A stretch of DNA of 64,000 nucleotides from Candidatus Latescibacterota bacterium (GTDB lineage Bacteria; Latescibacterota; CBDEFO01), in assembly GCA_965237525.1 (NCBI GenBank), contig CBDEFO010000003.1, positions 96,001-160,000 of the forward strand, in the 5' to 3' direction. The notes under the pieces are model-generated. The model ran no database searches. It was not told the DNA's origin and was given only the letters and a program-made list of their open reading frames with translations. Below are positions 1 to 10,685 of this stretch, one piece after another; the first letter of the stretch is position 1, and every line of letters begins with the position of its first letter. The position numbers and the translations under genes are program-made.

Positions 1-2259
1 TCCGCCAGAGTCGATTTTGTGAAGGGAAGTCTAGAGGCGAAAATAGATGAGGCAAAAATCGATATGGGCAAGATCGCCTTTCAGATCCAAAAGTTGGGTT
101 ACGATGTGATTAAGGAGGGCGATTTTTCACAGAGTGGTAGCACCACAACTTCCGTATTTAAGGTGGAGGATATGGACTGTGCAGATGAGGCCTTTCTGAT
201 AGAGAGAAAATTGAAGTCTTTGGAAGGTGTAGAGGAATCTAGCTTCAATTTTGTGGCTCGGACGATGACGGTGAAGCACAAAATAGAGGATGAGGACATA
301 GAAAGGGCTTTAGCTGAAATAGGTTTCCAGGCGACAGTTCAAAGTGATAAGGAAGATGAAGGAGCGTTTTGGGAGAAGCATAAAAAGACGGTTTTAACAA
401 TCGGATCTGGGATATTTACCCTTTTGGGGTTTGCGCTTTGGTACTCCGGATTCGAAGAAAACATAGTTCTTCCGATATATGTCCTGGCTATGACTTTGGG
501 AGGACTGCAAATTGCAAAGAAGGGATTGGCTGCGGTGAGGAATCTTTCATTGGATATGAACTTCCTTATGACAATTGCCGTGATAGGAGCCGCTGCATTA
601 GGGGAATGGCTTGAGGGTGCGATGATTATATTCTTGTTCTCTTTAGCTCAGCTGCTTGAGAGTCTCAGCATGGACAAAGCAAGAAATGCCATCGGTTCGC
701 TGATGGACCTGTCGCCGGCTGAGGCTACGGTCAAGAGAAACGGCGAACAGATGAAGCTTGCGGTTGAGGACGTGCAGATAGAAGATGTAATGGTGCTAAA
801 GCCCGGTGAGAAGATAGCCCTGGATGGAGTTGTTCTGTCTGGAACTTCGGCTGTGAATCAGGCACCGATGACGGGGGAGTCGATCCCTGTCGAGAAGTCA
901 AAGGGACATGAAGTCTATGCGGGGACCATAAATGAGGGAGGATCCCTTGATGTTAAGGTGACTAAGCTATCGAAGGATACTACCCTAAAAAGGATTATTC
1001 ATATGGTGGAGGAGGCGCAGAGCAGAAGGGCTCCATCTCAGAACTTCGTGGATAAGTTCACAAAGTATTACACTCCGACTGTGATAGCGGGGGCCGTAGG
1101 AGTGGCAACAGTGCCTTGGCTCTTTTTCGAAGCACCTTTTGGCCACTGGTTTTACAGGGCCTTGGTGCTTCTGGTTATATCGTGTCCGTGTGCCTTGGTG
1201 ATCTCGACTCCGGTGTCAATAGTCTCAGGCATTATGAGCGCGGCAAAAAGAGGCGTGCTGATCAAGGGAGGGCTACATTTAGAGAACACAGGAACAATAA
1301 GGGCTTTAGCCTTTGACAAGACAGGTACGCTGACCGAAGGAAGACCGTACGTAGACGAGATCATTTCGATAAATTCTTTCTCCCACGAGGAGATAATAGA
1401 GATCGCGGCTTCTGTGGAGTCGAGGTCTGAGCATCACCTAGCACAGGCTATCGTAGAGAAGGGTAAAGAAATAGGCATAGACATTAAGGAGGGCGAAGAT
1501 CTCCAGATCATATCGGGTATGGGGGTTCAAGCCGAAGTTAAGGGATGGGATAAAAAGGGGGGATTCTTCATTGGAAATCACCGTCTCGTAGAGGAAAAAG
1601 GACTATGCAACCCCGAGGTAGAGGCTCATTTGAATCGGTTGGAATCGGAGGGTAAGACGGCTGTGATTTTGGGAGATGAGGAGGGAGTGATAGGGATTAT
1701 GTCTATTTCTGATAGGGTCAGAAAGGGGATTAAGGAGGTTATAGAGGAACTCCACAAGAGCGGAATCCAAAAGATTATCATGCTAACTGGAGATAACAAA
1801 GGGACCGCTGATGCCATCGCCAAAGAATTGGGGATAGATGAATATAAAGCTGAGCTTCTGCCGCAGGACAAGGTTGATGCAGTTGAACAGCTAAGAGTTA
1901 AGTACAGTAATGTGGCCATGGTCGGGGACGGCGTGAACGACGCTCCTGCTTTAGCGGCCTCGACCGTAGGGATAGCTATGGGAGCAATAGGGACAGATAC
2001 GGCCTTAGAGACGGCTGATATAGCGCTCATGTCGGACGATCTTTCCAAACTGCCTTACACTGTGGAACTTTCAAGGAAGACAGTCACCACTATAAAGGAG
2101 AACATATTCCTTTCGATTCTGATCAAAGCCCTCTTCTTGGCTCTTGCAATAGGCGGGATGGCGACCTTGTGGATGGCTGTAGCTGCGGATATGGGTGCGT
2201 CGCTCTTGGTGATCTTCAACGGCTTGAAAGTGCTTAGGTTTCGGGCTAAACAAGAGTAG
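1..2259 (+). CDS. Heavy-metal (Zn/Cd/Pb) translocating P1B-type ATPase, ZntA/CadA family; 5'-truncated by the window
   Basis: HMA-like MDCADEA, TGES, CPC, DKTGTLT, SEHHLA and GDGVNDAP motifs. The frame is open from base 1 (SARVDFVKG...), so the gene probably starts upstream. Confidence 0.93.
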   Translation, partial: SARVDFVKGSLEAKIDEAKIDMGKIAFQIQKLGYDVIKEGDFSQSGSTTTSVFKVEDMDCADEAFLIERKLKSLEGVEESSFNFVARTMTVKHKIEDEDIERALAEIGFQATVQSDKEDEGAFWEKHKKTVLTIGSGIFTLLGFALWYSGFEENIVLPIYVLAMTLGGLQIAKKGLAAVRNLSLDMNFLMTIAVIGAAALGEWLEGAMIIFLFSLAQLLESLSMDKARNAIGSLMDLSPAEATVKRNGEQMKLAVEDVQIEDVMVLKPGEKIALDGVVLSGTSAVNQAPMTGESIPVEKSKGHEVYAGTINEGGSLDVKVTKLSKDTTLKRIIHMVEEAQSRRAPSQNFVDKFTKYYTPTVIAGAVGVATVPWLFFEAPFGHWFYRALVLLVISCPCALVISTPVSIVSGIMSAAKRGVLIKGGLHLENTGTIRALAFDKTGTLTEGRPYVDEIISINSFSHEEIIEIAASVESRSEHHLAQAIVEKGKEIGIDIKEGEDLQIISGMGVQAEVKGWDKKGGFFIGNHRLVEEKGLCNPEVEAHLNRLESEGKTAVILGDEEGVIGIMSISDRVRKGIKEVIEELHKSGIQKIIMLTGDNKGTADAIAKELGIDEYKAELLPQDKVDAVEQLRVKYSNVAMVGDGVNDAPALAASTVGIAMGAIGTDTALETADIALMSDDLSKLPYTVELSRKTVTTIKENIFLSILIKALFLALAIGGMATLWMAVAADMGASLLVIFNGLKVLRFRAKQE

Positions 2260-2726
2260 GAATTCTTTTTTGTTCGGCAAAGAAAGACTATGTTTTTGGC
2301 TTAAGTAGTATTCGGAGCAAGGTGCTTGAAATGAAAGCAGAGAAGTAGATTTCAACATCTGGTAAGTTCACTTAATCCACGAGACCTGAACCACCATCAC
2401 TGATCAAGATCGATCCCAGCGATCTGTTGTCCGCTACGCCTCCTGCCTACACTCCGACCTATACACTCACTGTCCATCGAGGAATACACGGCATCTGCCC
2501 ATGCGCGGCAGAGTAGTCACGAGCCACGTTTTGAACCCCTTCTGTGTCGTTGTGACGCAAAAGGCGATCGATACGCTGAATCCGTTTGGGAAGTCGATCT
2601 CTGCAAGTCTGCGCGTCGCGCCGAATGTGTTATATGATGTTACCAAAACTTGATAGCCGAGTTGACTTATGACTGGCGAAAATTTCGATCTTGGACTTCA
2701 GATATCCTTAACCTACGGAGCGAGTA

Positions 2727-3764
2727 ATGAAAGCCTTAGTCCTCGAAAGAGACCTGAAGTTGAACCTGAGGGATATTGAACTGGACCAACCGCTTGGGCC
2801 GCGCGATGTGCGGATCAAGGTCCATACCGTCGGCATCTGCGGTTCGGACATACACTACTACCAGCACGGTCGGATCGGGCCATTCGTGGTCAACGCCCCG
2901 ATGGTGCTTGGTCACGAGGCATCGGGTGTGGTGGTCGAGGTCGGATCAGAGGTGACCAACCTCCAGGTCGGAGATCGGGTGACCATGGAACCGGGCATCC
3001 CCGATCCCAACTCCAGAGCTTCGCGTTTAGGTATGTACAACCTCGACCCGGCTGTGCGCTTTTGGGCAACACCGCCGGTCCATGGGGTCATTCGACCGAC
3101 AGTTGTACACCCTGCGGATTTCACGTTCAAGATTCCGGATAACATCAGCATGGGTGAAGCGGCTATGGTCGAACCGCTGGCCGTGGGCATGCATGCGGCG
3201 GAGGTGGCCCGGATCAATCCCGGCGACGTGGCGGTGGTGGTCGGGGCCGGTCCAATCGGCATGGTTACTGCTATGTCGGCTCTGGCCGGTGGATGCAGCA
3301 GGGTCATCATGTCTGACATAAAGCAGCCCAGGCTGGATCTGGCCGCAAGACTCGGTCCCATCACGCCGGTCAATGCTATACAAAAGAATCTGGGCGAGGT
3401 GGTGCTGGACACAACCGAAGGTTGGGGCGCCGATATCGTGTTTGAGTGCAGCGGTAGTTCGGAGGTTGCTGCGGGCATTTTCGAACTGCTATGCCCCGGT
3501 GGATGCCTGGTGTACGTGGGCATGCCAGTCGAACCGATCCGGATAGATATGGTCGCTGCTCAGGTCAAAGAGGCACACATCCAGACGATCTTTCGCTACG
3601 CCCACGTCTACCCGCGCGCCTTGGCTTTGATGGGGAGTGGTCAGATAGATGTGAAGCCGTTGATTACAGACAAATTCAAGTTTGAACAGTCAATCGAGGC
3701 ATTTGGTTTTTCATGCGATATGCGCGTAACTTCTATCAAGACGCAAATAGAAATGGCAGGATAA
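2727..3764 (+). CDS. Zn-dependent polyol dehydrogenase (xylitol/sorbitol dehydrogenase, D-xylulose reductase type)
   Basis: GICGSD, GHE and GAGPIG motifs; [10 protein letters not shown]; the structural-Zn cysteines are replaced ([21 protein letters not shown]); GGAG RBS upstream. Confidence 0.88.
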   Translation: MKALVLERDLKLNLRDIELDQPLGPRDVRIKVHTVGICGSDIHYYQHGRIGPFVVNAPMVLGHEASGVVVEVGSEVTNLQVGDRVTMEPGIPDPNSRASRLGMYNLDPAVRFWATPPVHGVIRPTVVHPADFTFKIPDNISMGEAAMVEPLAVGMHAAEVARINPGDVAVVVGAGPIGMVTAMSALAGGCSRVIMSDIKQPRLDLAARLGPITPVNAIQKNLGEVVLDTTEGWGADIVFECSGSSEVAAGIFELLCPGGCLVYVGMPVEPIRIDMVAAQVKEAHIQTIFRYAHVYPRALALMGSGQIDVKPLITDKFKFEQSIEAFGFSCDMRVTSIKTQIEMAG

Positions 3765-3855
3765 AGACAACTACATGGAGTGGGCGGCACGTCCGCTTTG
3801 CTTGGGGCGCCGTGGGCGCTTTTCTGGGGAGTGGAGGCATCAAAGCACAAAGTGC

Positions 3856-3915
3856 CAACAAGCCACGCAGTGGGCGGAGCGGAGGATGCGTCCGCAACAA
3901 GCCACGAGGTGGGCG
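3856..3915. repeat. Two 21-bp direct repeats (caacaagccacgNNgtgggcg), REP-like
   Basis: 3856-3876 and 3895-3915 differ at 2 positions. A related gtgggcggcacgtccgc hairpin lies at about 3780-3796. Confidence 0.6.
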
Positions 3916-3952
3916 CACCACCTATATTCAAAAATAATCTTGGAGGCAGTCA

Positions 3953-4702
3953 TTGGAAATAAACTTAAATAATAAGCGTGCATTGGTCACCGGTGCGGGC
4001 AAAGGGATCGGCCGAGTCGTCTCAAAGATGTTGATCGAAAGCGGCGCTTCGGTGGTCGCAATCAGTCGCACATCTGCAGATCTGGAATCGTTGAAAGATG
4101 AAATCGGCTGCCAGACCATCCAGGCCGATTTATCGGATGCCGACCAGGCAAAATCCGCAGCAAAGAAGGCTGGAGCGATCGATCTGTTGGTGAACAATGC
4201 CGGGATCTCCATCCCGCAGCCATTTCTTGAAACCACAGTCGAGGTGTTCGATCAGACTTTGGCCGTCAACGTGCGCGCGGCGATGATTGTTTCACAGGTG
4301 GTATCACGAGGCATGATTAAACGAGGAAGGGGCGGTGCAATTGTGAATATCTCCAGCCAAGCATCTAAGGCCGCGCTGCCCGACCACACGACCTACTGTA
4401 CCTCAAAGGGCGCATTAGACCAGCTGACACGCATGATGGCTTTGGAACTTGGAAAGCACAACATCCGTGTCAACGCGGTAAATCCGACTGTGACGATGAC
4501 ACCGATGGCCAAGATAGCTTGGGGTGATCCGGCCAAATCGAAGGATATGCTCGCCAAAATTCCCCTGGGGCGCTTTGCACAACCGCAAGATGTGGCACAT
4601 ACAGTAGTCTATTTGCTGAGCGATAAGGCAGACATGATCCACGGCGCTACGCTTCTGATCGACGGTGGGATTCCTGTCCAGCTAACTCCGCACTGCCGTT
4701 GA
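3953..4702 (+). CDS. Short-chain dehydrogenase/reductase, L-xylulose reductase (DCXR)-like
   Basis: TGAGKGIG, NNAG and YCTSK motifs; C-terminal half NAVNPTVTMTPMAKIAWGDPAK...IPLGRFA closely parallels dicarbonyl/L-xylulose reductase; TTG start after GGAGG. Confidence 0.82.
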   Translation: MEINLNNKRALVTGAGKGIGRVVSKMLIESGASVVAISRTSADLESLKDEIGCQTIQADLSDADQAKSAAKKAGAIDLLVNNAGISIPQPFLETTVEVFDQTLAVNVRAAMIVSQVVSRGMIKRGRGGAIVNISSQASKAALPDHTTYCTSKGALDQLTRMMALELGKHNIRVNAVNPTVTMTPMAKIAWGDPAKSKDMLAKIPLGRFAQPQDVAHTVVYLLSDKADMIHGATLLIDGGIPVQLTPHCR

Positions 4703-4961
4703 TCCGCATCAGATACATAGGCAGTCGAACCTGGCGACACCTCCTTCCATTAACTCATCCACTCGTCATGCTGGTACCGCTCGAGGTGCAGGCCCCGGGG
4801 CATGTATTTGTGGATGCAAACGACAATAACTAGTTTGATTCCGGCGAACGCTGTCTTGGTGGTGCGCCTGTCAACGAGGTGAGAGGGTCTGTCGAACGAA
4901 GATAGATTGACGAGGGTCGTTGATGGGTTCGCGGAACGACCCAGTTCGCTAGAAATCCGCA

Positions 4962-5750
4962 TCAGTCATCCTTTGCAGGCATATAATCTCTCTTGCGAAT
5001 CATCCGTAAAACCCAATATACGGCTGCAGCAGCAAAGAGATGCTTTGCAGTATGACCGCTGACTATCTCCTCTAAAGCGAAGATCTGCCTATCCAGTATC
5101 TCACCTGTCTTTGCTAACGCGTAACATGCCAATACTCCCCAAATATCTCCACCCCTGGTGTATTTAGGGGAGAAAAAGAATAAGAGTAAGGGAATAAGCA
5201 GCAAAGGATAGAATTGGACTAGGATGTAGGGACGCAGATCGCCGGCACCTGTTTGCTCGCTCATATGCCAATAAATCACACTGGAGGTGCCTAAAATCAA
5301 CAGAGGGAGGAGTGAGAACAAGCCGGTTTTTAGGCTAATCCTTTCGGCTATGATTGACGTTAGGAAAGACATAAAGATAATGGCCATCGGCAGGCGGTCC
5401 CAGACCAGTCGTCCGTTGTTTGGCAACAGATGATAATAGGCCGATCCAAAGCCGGTGAGAAATGCCCCGAAGAAAAACCCCACATAGGGCCAGTATACCC
5501 ATCTATCGGCGGAGGTTTTGCGATCACTCGATAGAATTCGCCCCCATACAAAACATAAACCGAGCCCGCCGACTAAAACAAAGGGAGCATTGGAGACAAC
5601 GTTGAAGAAATTAGGAAGGCCCAAAAAGGTACGTCGGTCGGCAAATTGGTGATATTCCGGGTCTTGAGGAATACGCGGCAGAGCTGCAACGCTCACTACA
5701 ACTGCTAAACTCAGACCCCCTACCAACAGCAGGCCTGTGCGACGATTCAT
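4962..5750 (-). CDS. Alkaline ceramidase-like (CREST superfamily) membrane hydrolase
   Basis: Multi-TM protein with NVVSN, GSAYYH, WDRLPM and SGHTAKH motifs. Confidence 0.75.
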   Translation of the reverse strand: MNRRTGLLLVGGLSLAVVVSVAALPRIPQDPEYHQFADRRTFLGLPNFFNVVSNAPFVLVGGLGLCFVWGRILSSDRKTSADRWVYWPYVGFFFGAFLTGFGSAYYHLLPNNGRLVWDRLPMAIIFMSFLTSIIAERISLKTGLFSLLPLLILGTSSVIYWHMSEQTGAGDLRPYILVQFYPLLLIPLLLFFFSPKYTRGGDIWGVLACYALAKTGEILDRQIFALEEIVSGHTAKHLFAAAAVYWVLRMIRKRDYMPAKDD

Positions 5751-5802
5751 GCTTATTCATCTCCCTTTAAGACCTCAGCCAAGCCTCAGCGGAAAATTAA
5801 GA

Positions 5803-7509
5803 TTAGCCGGACAATTCGTGTGCTTCACCGGCACCTCGGGGAATGCGAATCTCCTCTACAAGCTCCTGTATCTCTTTAGGCGGCGCGTGCGATGCCAGAG
5901 ATACAACACCCGCCACCAGGAAGTTCAGCACCATGCCGAGTGTCCCGATACCCTCGGGTGATATGCCCAACCACCAGTGTTCTTTTGAGTTAAGTTCAGG
6001 ACTTATAAACTTGAAAGTGATGATGTAACCTGCCGTAAACGTAATCCCGGCGATCATCCCACTGATGGCGCCGTATTTGTTAATGCGTTTCGAGAAGATG
6101 CCCATTACGATCACCGGGAAGAATGAAGAAGCAGCCAGACCGAATGCAAACGCAACCACCTCTGCGACGAAGCCGGGTGGGTTCATACCGAAGTAACCGG
6201 CAATGCACACAGCAATCCCTGCTGATATTCGTGCAGTAATCAACTCCCCCCTCTCGCTAATCTGTTGATAAATCTCCTTTTTGAACAGGTCGTGCGCGAT
6301 AGATGTGGCAATCACCAGCAGTAATCCTGCAGCTGTCGAGAGCGCTGCAGCCAGTCCTCCCGCTGCAACAAGACCCACAACCCAGTTCGGGAGCTTGGCG
6401 ATCTCGGGATTTGCAAGCACCATGATGTCTCGATCTATCGTCAGTTCATTTTCGACATCCGATCCGGGACCACGATATTGGATAACATTGTCCCCGTTCT
6501 TATCATCGAATCGGATTAGACCGGTCTTCTCCCAATTTTCAAACCAGTCCGGAACCTCCTCATAGTGTATATTTGAGATCGTTGTGAGCAGATTAGTCCG
6601 GACAAATGCAGCCACTGCAGGTGCCGTCGTATACAAAAGCGCGATGAACACCAATGCCCAACCGGCAGAACTGCGCGCCTGAGCGACCTTCGGCACGGTG
6701 TAGAAACGTACAATTACGTGTGGCAATCCGGCTGTTCCGACCATCAGTGCCGCAGTAATGAAGAAGATGTCGATCGTGCCCTTGCGACCATCCGTGTACG
6801 CGTTGAAGCCGAGCTCGCGACTGAGTCCATCGAGCCTGTCGAGCAGGTATTGACCCGAGCCGTCAGCCAACCTCCCACCGAAACCGATCTGCGGGACGAT
6901 TTCTCCTGTCATCAGAAGGGAAATAAAGATTGCCGGCACAAGGTAGGCAAAGATCAATACGCAGTACTGTGCAACCTGCGTGTAAGTTATGCCCTTCATT
7001 CCTCCCAGCACAGCGTAGAAGAACACAATCCCCATTCCGATCAGCACACCCGAGGCAATATCAACGTCCAGAAACCGCGAAAATACGATCCCCACCCCGC
7101 GCATCTGTCCCGCAACATACGTGAACGACACAAAGATAGCGCAGACGATCGCAACCAAGCGAGCCGCTCGAGAGTAATACCGGTCGCCGACAAAATCCGG
7201 CACGGTATATTTGCCGAATTTGCGCAGATACGGTGCTAACAGCAGCGCCAGCAATACATAACCGCCAGTCCAACCCATAAGATAGACGGATCCATCCCGG
7301 CCCATAAACGAGATGAGGCCGGCCATCGAAATAAACGAGGCAGCGCTCATCCAGTCCGCTGCTGTCGCCATGCCGTTCATAACCGGAGGTACGTTGCTGC
7401 CTGCGATGTAGAACTCGCTTGTGGATCTGGCCTTTGACCAGATCGCAACACCGATATAGAGCGCAAACGACAAACTAACCAACAAGAATGTCCAGGCCTG
7501 TACGTTCAT
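5803..7509 (-). CDS. Sodium:solute symporter, ActP/cation-acetate symporter-like
   Basis: NGMATAADWMSAASF, GGMKGITYTQVAQY and GLPHVIVRFYT motifs; coupled to an upstream DUF4212 gene. Confidence 0.9.
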   Translation of the reverse strand: MNVQAWTFLLVSLSFALYIGVAIWSKARSTSEFYIAGSNVPPVMNGMATAADWMSAASFISMAGLISFMGRDGSVYLMGWTGGYVLLALLLAPYLRKFGKYTVPDFVGDRYYSRAARLVAIVCAIFVSFTYVAGQMRGVGIVFSRFLDVDIASGVLIGMGIVFFYAVLGGMKGITYTQVAQYCVLIFAYLVPAIFISLLMTGEIVPQIGFGGRLADGSGQYLLDRLDGLSRELGFNAYTDGRKGTIDIFFITAALMVGTAGLPHVIVRFYTVPKVAQARSSAGWALVFIALLYTTAPAVAAFVRTNLLTTISNIHYEEVPDWFENWEKTGLIRFDDKNGDNVIQYRGPGSDVENELTIDRDIMVLANPEIAKLPNWVVGLVAAGGLAAALSTAAGLLLVIATSIAHDLFKKEIYQQISERGELITARISAGIAVCIAGYFGMNPPGFVAEVVAFAFGLAASSFFPVIVMGIFSKRINKYGAISGMIAGITFTAGYIITFKFISPELNSKEHWWLGISPEGIGTLGMVLNFLVAGVVSLASHAPPKEIQELVEEIRIPRGAGEAHELSG

Positions 7510-7781
7510 GATTCATTAGGCTCCTGCTCGTCCACGCTGTACTTTCTATCCAGGCGATTCATCAGTTGAACATAGATGAAAATCAGCACGACGAAGACAT
7601 AAATCGAACCCTGTTGCGCAAACCAAAAGCCGAGATGAAAACCGCCAATTCTAATTCGATCGAGGTGTTCAACAAAGAGTATCCCGCATCCGTAAGACAC
7701 GATAAACCACACAGCTAAAAGGATACCCAGATAATGGAGATTCTTCCTCCAATATGCCGCTTTCTTATCATTTGTCGCCAT
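7506..7781 (-). CDS. DUF4212 small membrane subunit of the SSS transporter
   Basis: AYWRKN...GFWFAQQGSI motif; ATGA overlap with the symporter. Confidence 0.88.
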   Translation of the reverse strand: MATNDKKAAYWRKNLHYLGILLAVWFIVSYGCGILFVEHLDRIRIGGFHLGFWFAQQGSIYVFVVLIFIYVQLMNRLDRKYSVDEQEPNES

Positions 7782-7850
7782 GCTGTTCCTCCACTATACT
7801 CTTGTTGCATGCAGATGTGTTCTGCGTGCTGATGTGATTAAGCAAGTGTC

Positions 7851-7879
7851 TTGACAAAATTTATGGTATATATTAAATT
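7851..7879 (+). promoter_or_regulatory. Putative sigma70 promoter for pfkB-hxlA-hxlB
   Basis: TTGACA-17 bp-TAAATT. Confidence 0.55.
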
Positions 7880-8002
7880 TGTGGTGAATCCCTGGAAAGG
7901 GAGTGAACACAGATCATAAAGACAATATATGAAACTCATATTACGAAAGTCAACGTTTATTTTAACAGATTAAAATGGAGGAAAGGAGCGAATTCTTCGC
8001 AC

Positions 8003-8926
8003 ATGATGGACATACAAGCCGTTGCCTTTGGAGAGATCGTCTTCGACTGTTTCGAGGACAGCAGCTGTATAGGAGGTGCTCCGCTGAACTTTGCCTGGTA
8101 TCTTCGCCAGTTTGGCATTTCAGTGGCCATAGTGAGTGCAGTCGGCCGGGATAAGCTCGGAAATACCGCGCTGCGCCTGCTGCATGAGGCGGATATCGAC
8201 CCATCCTGGGTCTCTCGTAGATCAGAGCCCACAGGTACCGTGGATATCCAGCTGTTGGATGGCCAGCCAAGATACACGATCAACGAAGGTACAGCTTGGG
8301 AATACATAGAGCTTCCGAGTGACCTGGGAAAGATTCAGCCAACGCTGCTCTATTTTGGTACGGCAGCGCAGAAGACCCAGGTGAATCGTTCTACCCTTAG
8401 AAGACTGTGGACGCTCAAACCCCGCCATTCTTTCTTCGACGTCAATCTGCGCCAGGACCACTATTCTGGTGAAATCGTCCTGGACGGGCTCAGAGCGGCC
8501 ACCATTTTGAAACTCAACCACAAGGAGTGGAGAGTAATCCAACAGCTTACCTCTCTGGAGGCGCCGGACCAGATCTTGGAGACCTTCGGTCTGGAGATCA
8601 TAGCCCTGACCCGGGGCAGCCAAGGGGCGGTTCTGTATGTACCCGGCAAAGGGTACGAGGCGGAAAGTACCCAGGTAGATGTGGTGGACACTGTCGGCGC
8701 CGGAGATGCTTTCAGCGCAGCTCTGGCTTCCGGGGTGATCTTGGGCGCCGATCTGAAGTATACCTTGCAGGTCGCCTGTAAAGTGGGCACCTATGTGGTG
8801 CAGCGCCGGGGAGCGCAAATCCAGCTAGCGAAAGAGTTGCACGGTGCTTTCAAGCACAAATCTCCTCCTTTGGATAGAAGAAAACATCAGAGTCCGCCAA
8901 GAAGGCCCAAAGTTCCGAGAGAGTAG
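8003..8926 (+). CDS. PfkB-family carbohydrate kinase (fructokinase-like)
   Basis: GGAPLNFA, FDVNLR and DTVGAGDAF motifs. Confidence 0.88.
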   Translation: MMDIQAVAFGEIVFDCFEDSSCIGGAPLNFAWYLRQFGISVAIVSAVGRDKLGNTALRLLHEADIDPSWVSRRSEPTGTVDIQLLDGQPRYTINEGTAWEYIELPSDLGKIQPTLLYFGTAAQKTQVNRSTLRRLWTLKPRHSFFDVNLRQDHYSGEIVLDGLRAATILKLNHKEWRVIQQLTSLEAPDQILETFGLEIIALTRGSQGAVLYVPGKGYEAESTQVDVVDTVGAGDAFSAALASGVILGADLKYTLQVACKVGTYVVQRRGAQIQLAKELHGAFKHKSPPLDRRKHQSPPRRPKVPRE

Positions 8927-9013
8927 ATTCTTTTCGATCTTAGCCCCTCCTTTGTGCCCTTTGCGGTTCAAGTAATAGCCCGGTCAAGACGAAATTGGGA
9001 AGGAGAGAACGCA

Positions 9014-9640
9014 GTGAAGCTACAACTTGCTTTAGATCTTGTCGATATCCAGGGGGCAAGATCCCTGCTTGAAAAGGTCGCTGATCTGATAGACATAGCT
9101 GAAATAGGGACCCCCTTCGTTATAAACGAGGGCGTGAACGCTGTTACGGAGATCAAGAAGGCCTATCCTGAACTTGAAGTGCTGGCCGACCTCAAAATCA
9201 TGGATGAAGGAGCGCTTGAGTCAAAGATAGCGTTTGAAGCCGGAGCCGATATCGTAACCGTGCTTGGTGTGACTAATGACGTCACGATTCAGGGCGCCGT
9301 AAATCAGGCCCGCGCATATGATAAAAAGGTGATGGTGGATATGATGGCGGTCATTGATTTACCCGAGCGCGCCCGTCAAATAGACGCTATGGGAGCCGAT
9401 TATGTCTGTGTCCACACCTCCACCGATGTTCAGAAACTGGGCCTGAACCCTTTGCACGAACTTGAACTTGTGCATCCGCTCTTGGAGCATGCTGGGTTGG
9501 CGGTAGCTGGTGGAGTAAAACCAGAGATACTATCTCAGATTGTGACTTTTCGTCCGGAAATCGTAGTTGTGGGTAGTTTCATAACCGGTCATCCGGATCC
9601 ACGCGAGGCCGCCCTTGCAATAAGGGAAGGGCTGAACTAG
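9014..9640 (+). CDS. hxlA: 3-hexulose-6-phosphate synthase
   Basis: KLQLALD, EIGTP, ADLKIMD and AVAGGV motifs; GTG start at 9014 after GAAGGAG; directly followed by hxlB. Confidence 0.9.
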   Translation: MKLQLALDLVDIQGARSLLEKVADLIDIAEIGTPFVINEGVNAVTEIKKAYPELEVLADLKIMDEGALESKIAFEAGADIVTVLGVTNDVTIQGAVNQARAYDKKVMVDMMAVIDLPERARQIDAMGADYVCVHTSTDVQKLGLNPLHELELVHPLLEHAGLAVAGGVKPEILSQIVTFRPEIVVVGSFITGHPDPREAALAIREGLN

Positions 9641-9653
9641 AGAGGAAGATGCG

Positions 9654-10214
9654 GTGAGCATACAAACATACATCGATCAGATACTCGACGAGCTAAGAAG
9701 AACCCTGGCTCACGTATCCAACGATCAGGGGGAAAAACTTGCCAGGGCTATCGTAGATGCCGGGACTGTCTTTGTTGCAGGGGCAGGCCGGTCGGGTCTG
9801 GCGATGAAGAGTTTTTCTATGCGTTTGATGCACCTGGGTTTTGACAGCTATGTGGTGGGAGAAACCATAACACCTAATATAACGGACAAAGATCTGCTGT
9901 TGATCGGCTCAGGTTCCGGTGCAACTGAAAGCATAGTAGTAAATGCCGACAAAGCCCATAGAATTGGCGCTACAGTTGGCCTCATAACTATTCAGGAGGA
10001 CTCACCTATCGGTCGGGTGGCAGATCTGATCCTCACTATACCCGCCCCTACGCCCAAGATAGATAGAGACCTCGGCTTTATGTCGCTCCAACCCATGGGG
10101 TCTCTGTTTGAACAGAGCCTCCTGTTGACCCTGGATGCGATCATCCTTATGCTGATGGACAAAACCCGGAGAGACAAGGATGCCATGTTCGAAAGACACG
10201 CCAATCTGGAATAA
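9654..10214 (+). CDS. hxlB: 6-phospho-3-hexuloisomerase
   Basis: SIS domain with GAGRSG, MRLMHLG, SGSG and QPMGSLFEQ; C-terminal RHANLE. Confidence 0.92.
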   Translation: MSIQTYIDQILDELRRTLAHVSNDQGEKLARAIVDAGTVFVAGAGRSGLAMKSFSMRLMHLGFDSYVVGETITPNITDKDLLLIGSGSGATESIVVNADKAHRIGATVGLITIQEDSPIGRVADLILTIPAPTPKIDRDLGFMSLQPMGSLFEQSLLLTLDAIILMLMDKTRRDKDAMFERHANLE

Positions 10215-10595
10215 CGGAGTATGAACATAGCGCGTATTCTGGTCGTCTGCATGAACAGAACAGCAAGATTCACATTTTAGATTACGGGCATGCGACCGCG
10301 ATAGGGAATCCAGGCGGTGCGGAAAACAGATTAATCAGTGCAACTTTAGCTATGCATTACAATATGAAAAAATCATATTCGTAAAGCCAACGTCTATCGT
10401 AACAGAACAAAAATAAGGAAAGTCCGGAATCGTTCCAGCAGAAACGCAGCAGACAATAGTCAGTCAGTAGAGGTTGAATGCCAAATGAAATGAGAGCGCT
10501 AGACAGTTGTTCAGTTGTGATTCGGAAAGGTTGCTCTTCTCAAGAATTTGTCACACGTTGGACGACCTTCTTGCCCTTACAACCTGAAATTAAAT

Positions 10596-10644
10596 GTAGG
10601 GGCGCGGTTGACTCGCCCCAAGAGCAGGGTTACCCTGCCCCTAC
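10596..10644. repeat. GTAG-type REP-like palindrome
   Basis: gtaggggcg...cgcccc...gcccctac; shares the taaatgtaggggcg prefix with 33038-33064. Confidence 0.65.
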
Positions 10645-10685
10645 GAATACGCATGTGGGGGGCAAAGCGTTCCTGGAAAAACTGA

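Noticed and set aside
2280..2700. Intergenic stretch after the ATPase as a gene remnant
   Set aside because: No recognisable peptide or repeat was found.
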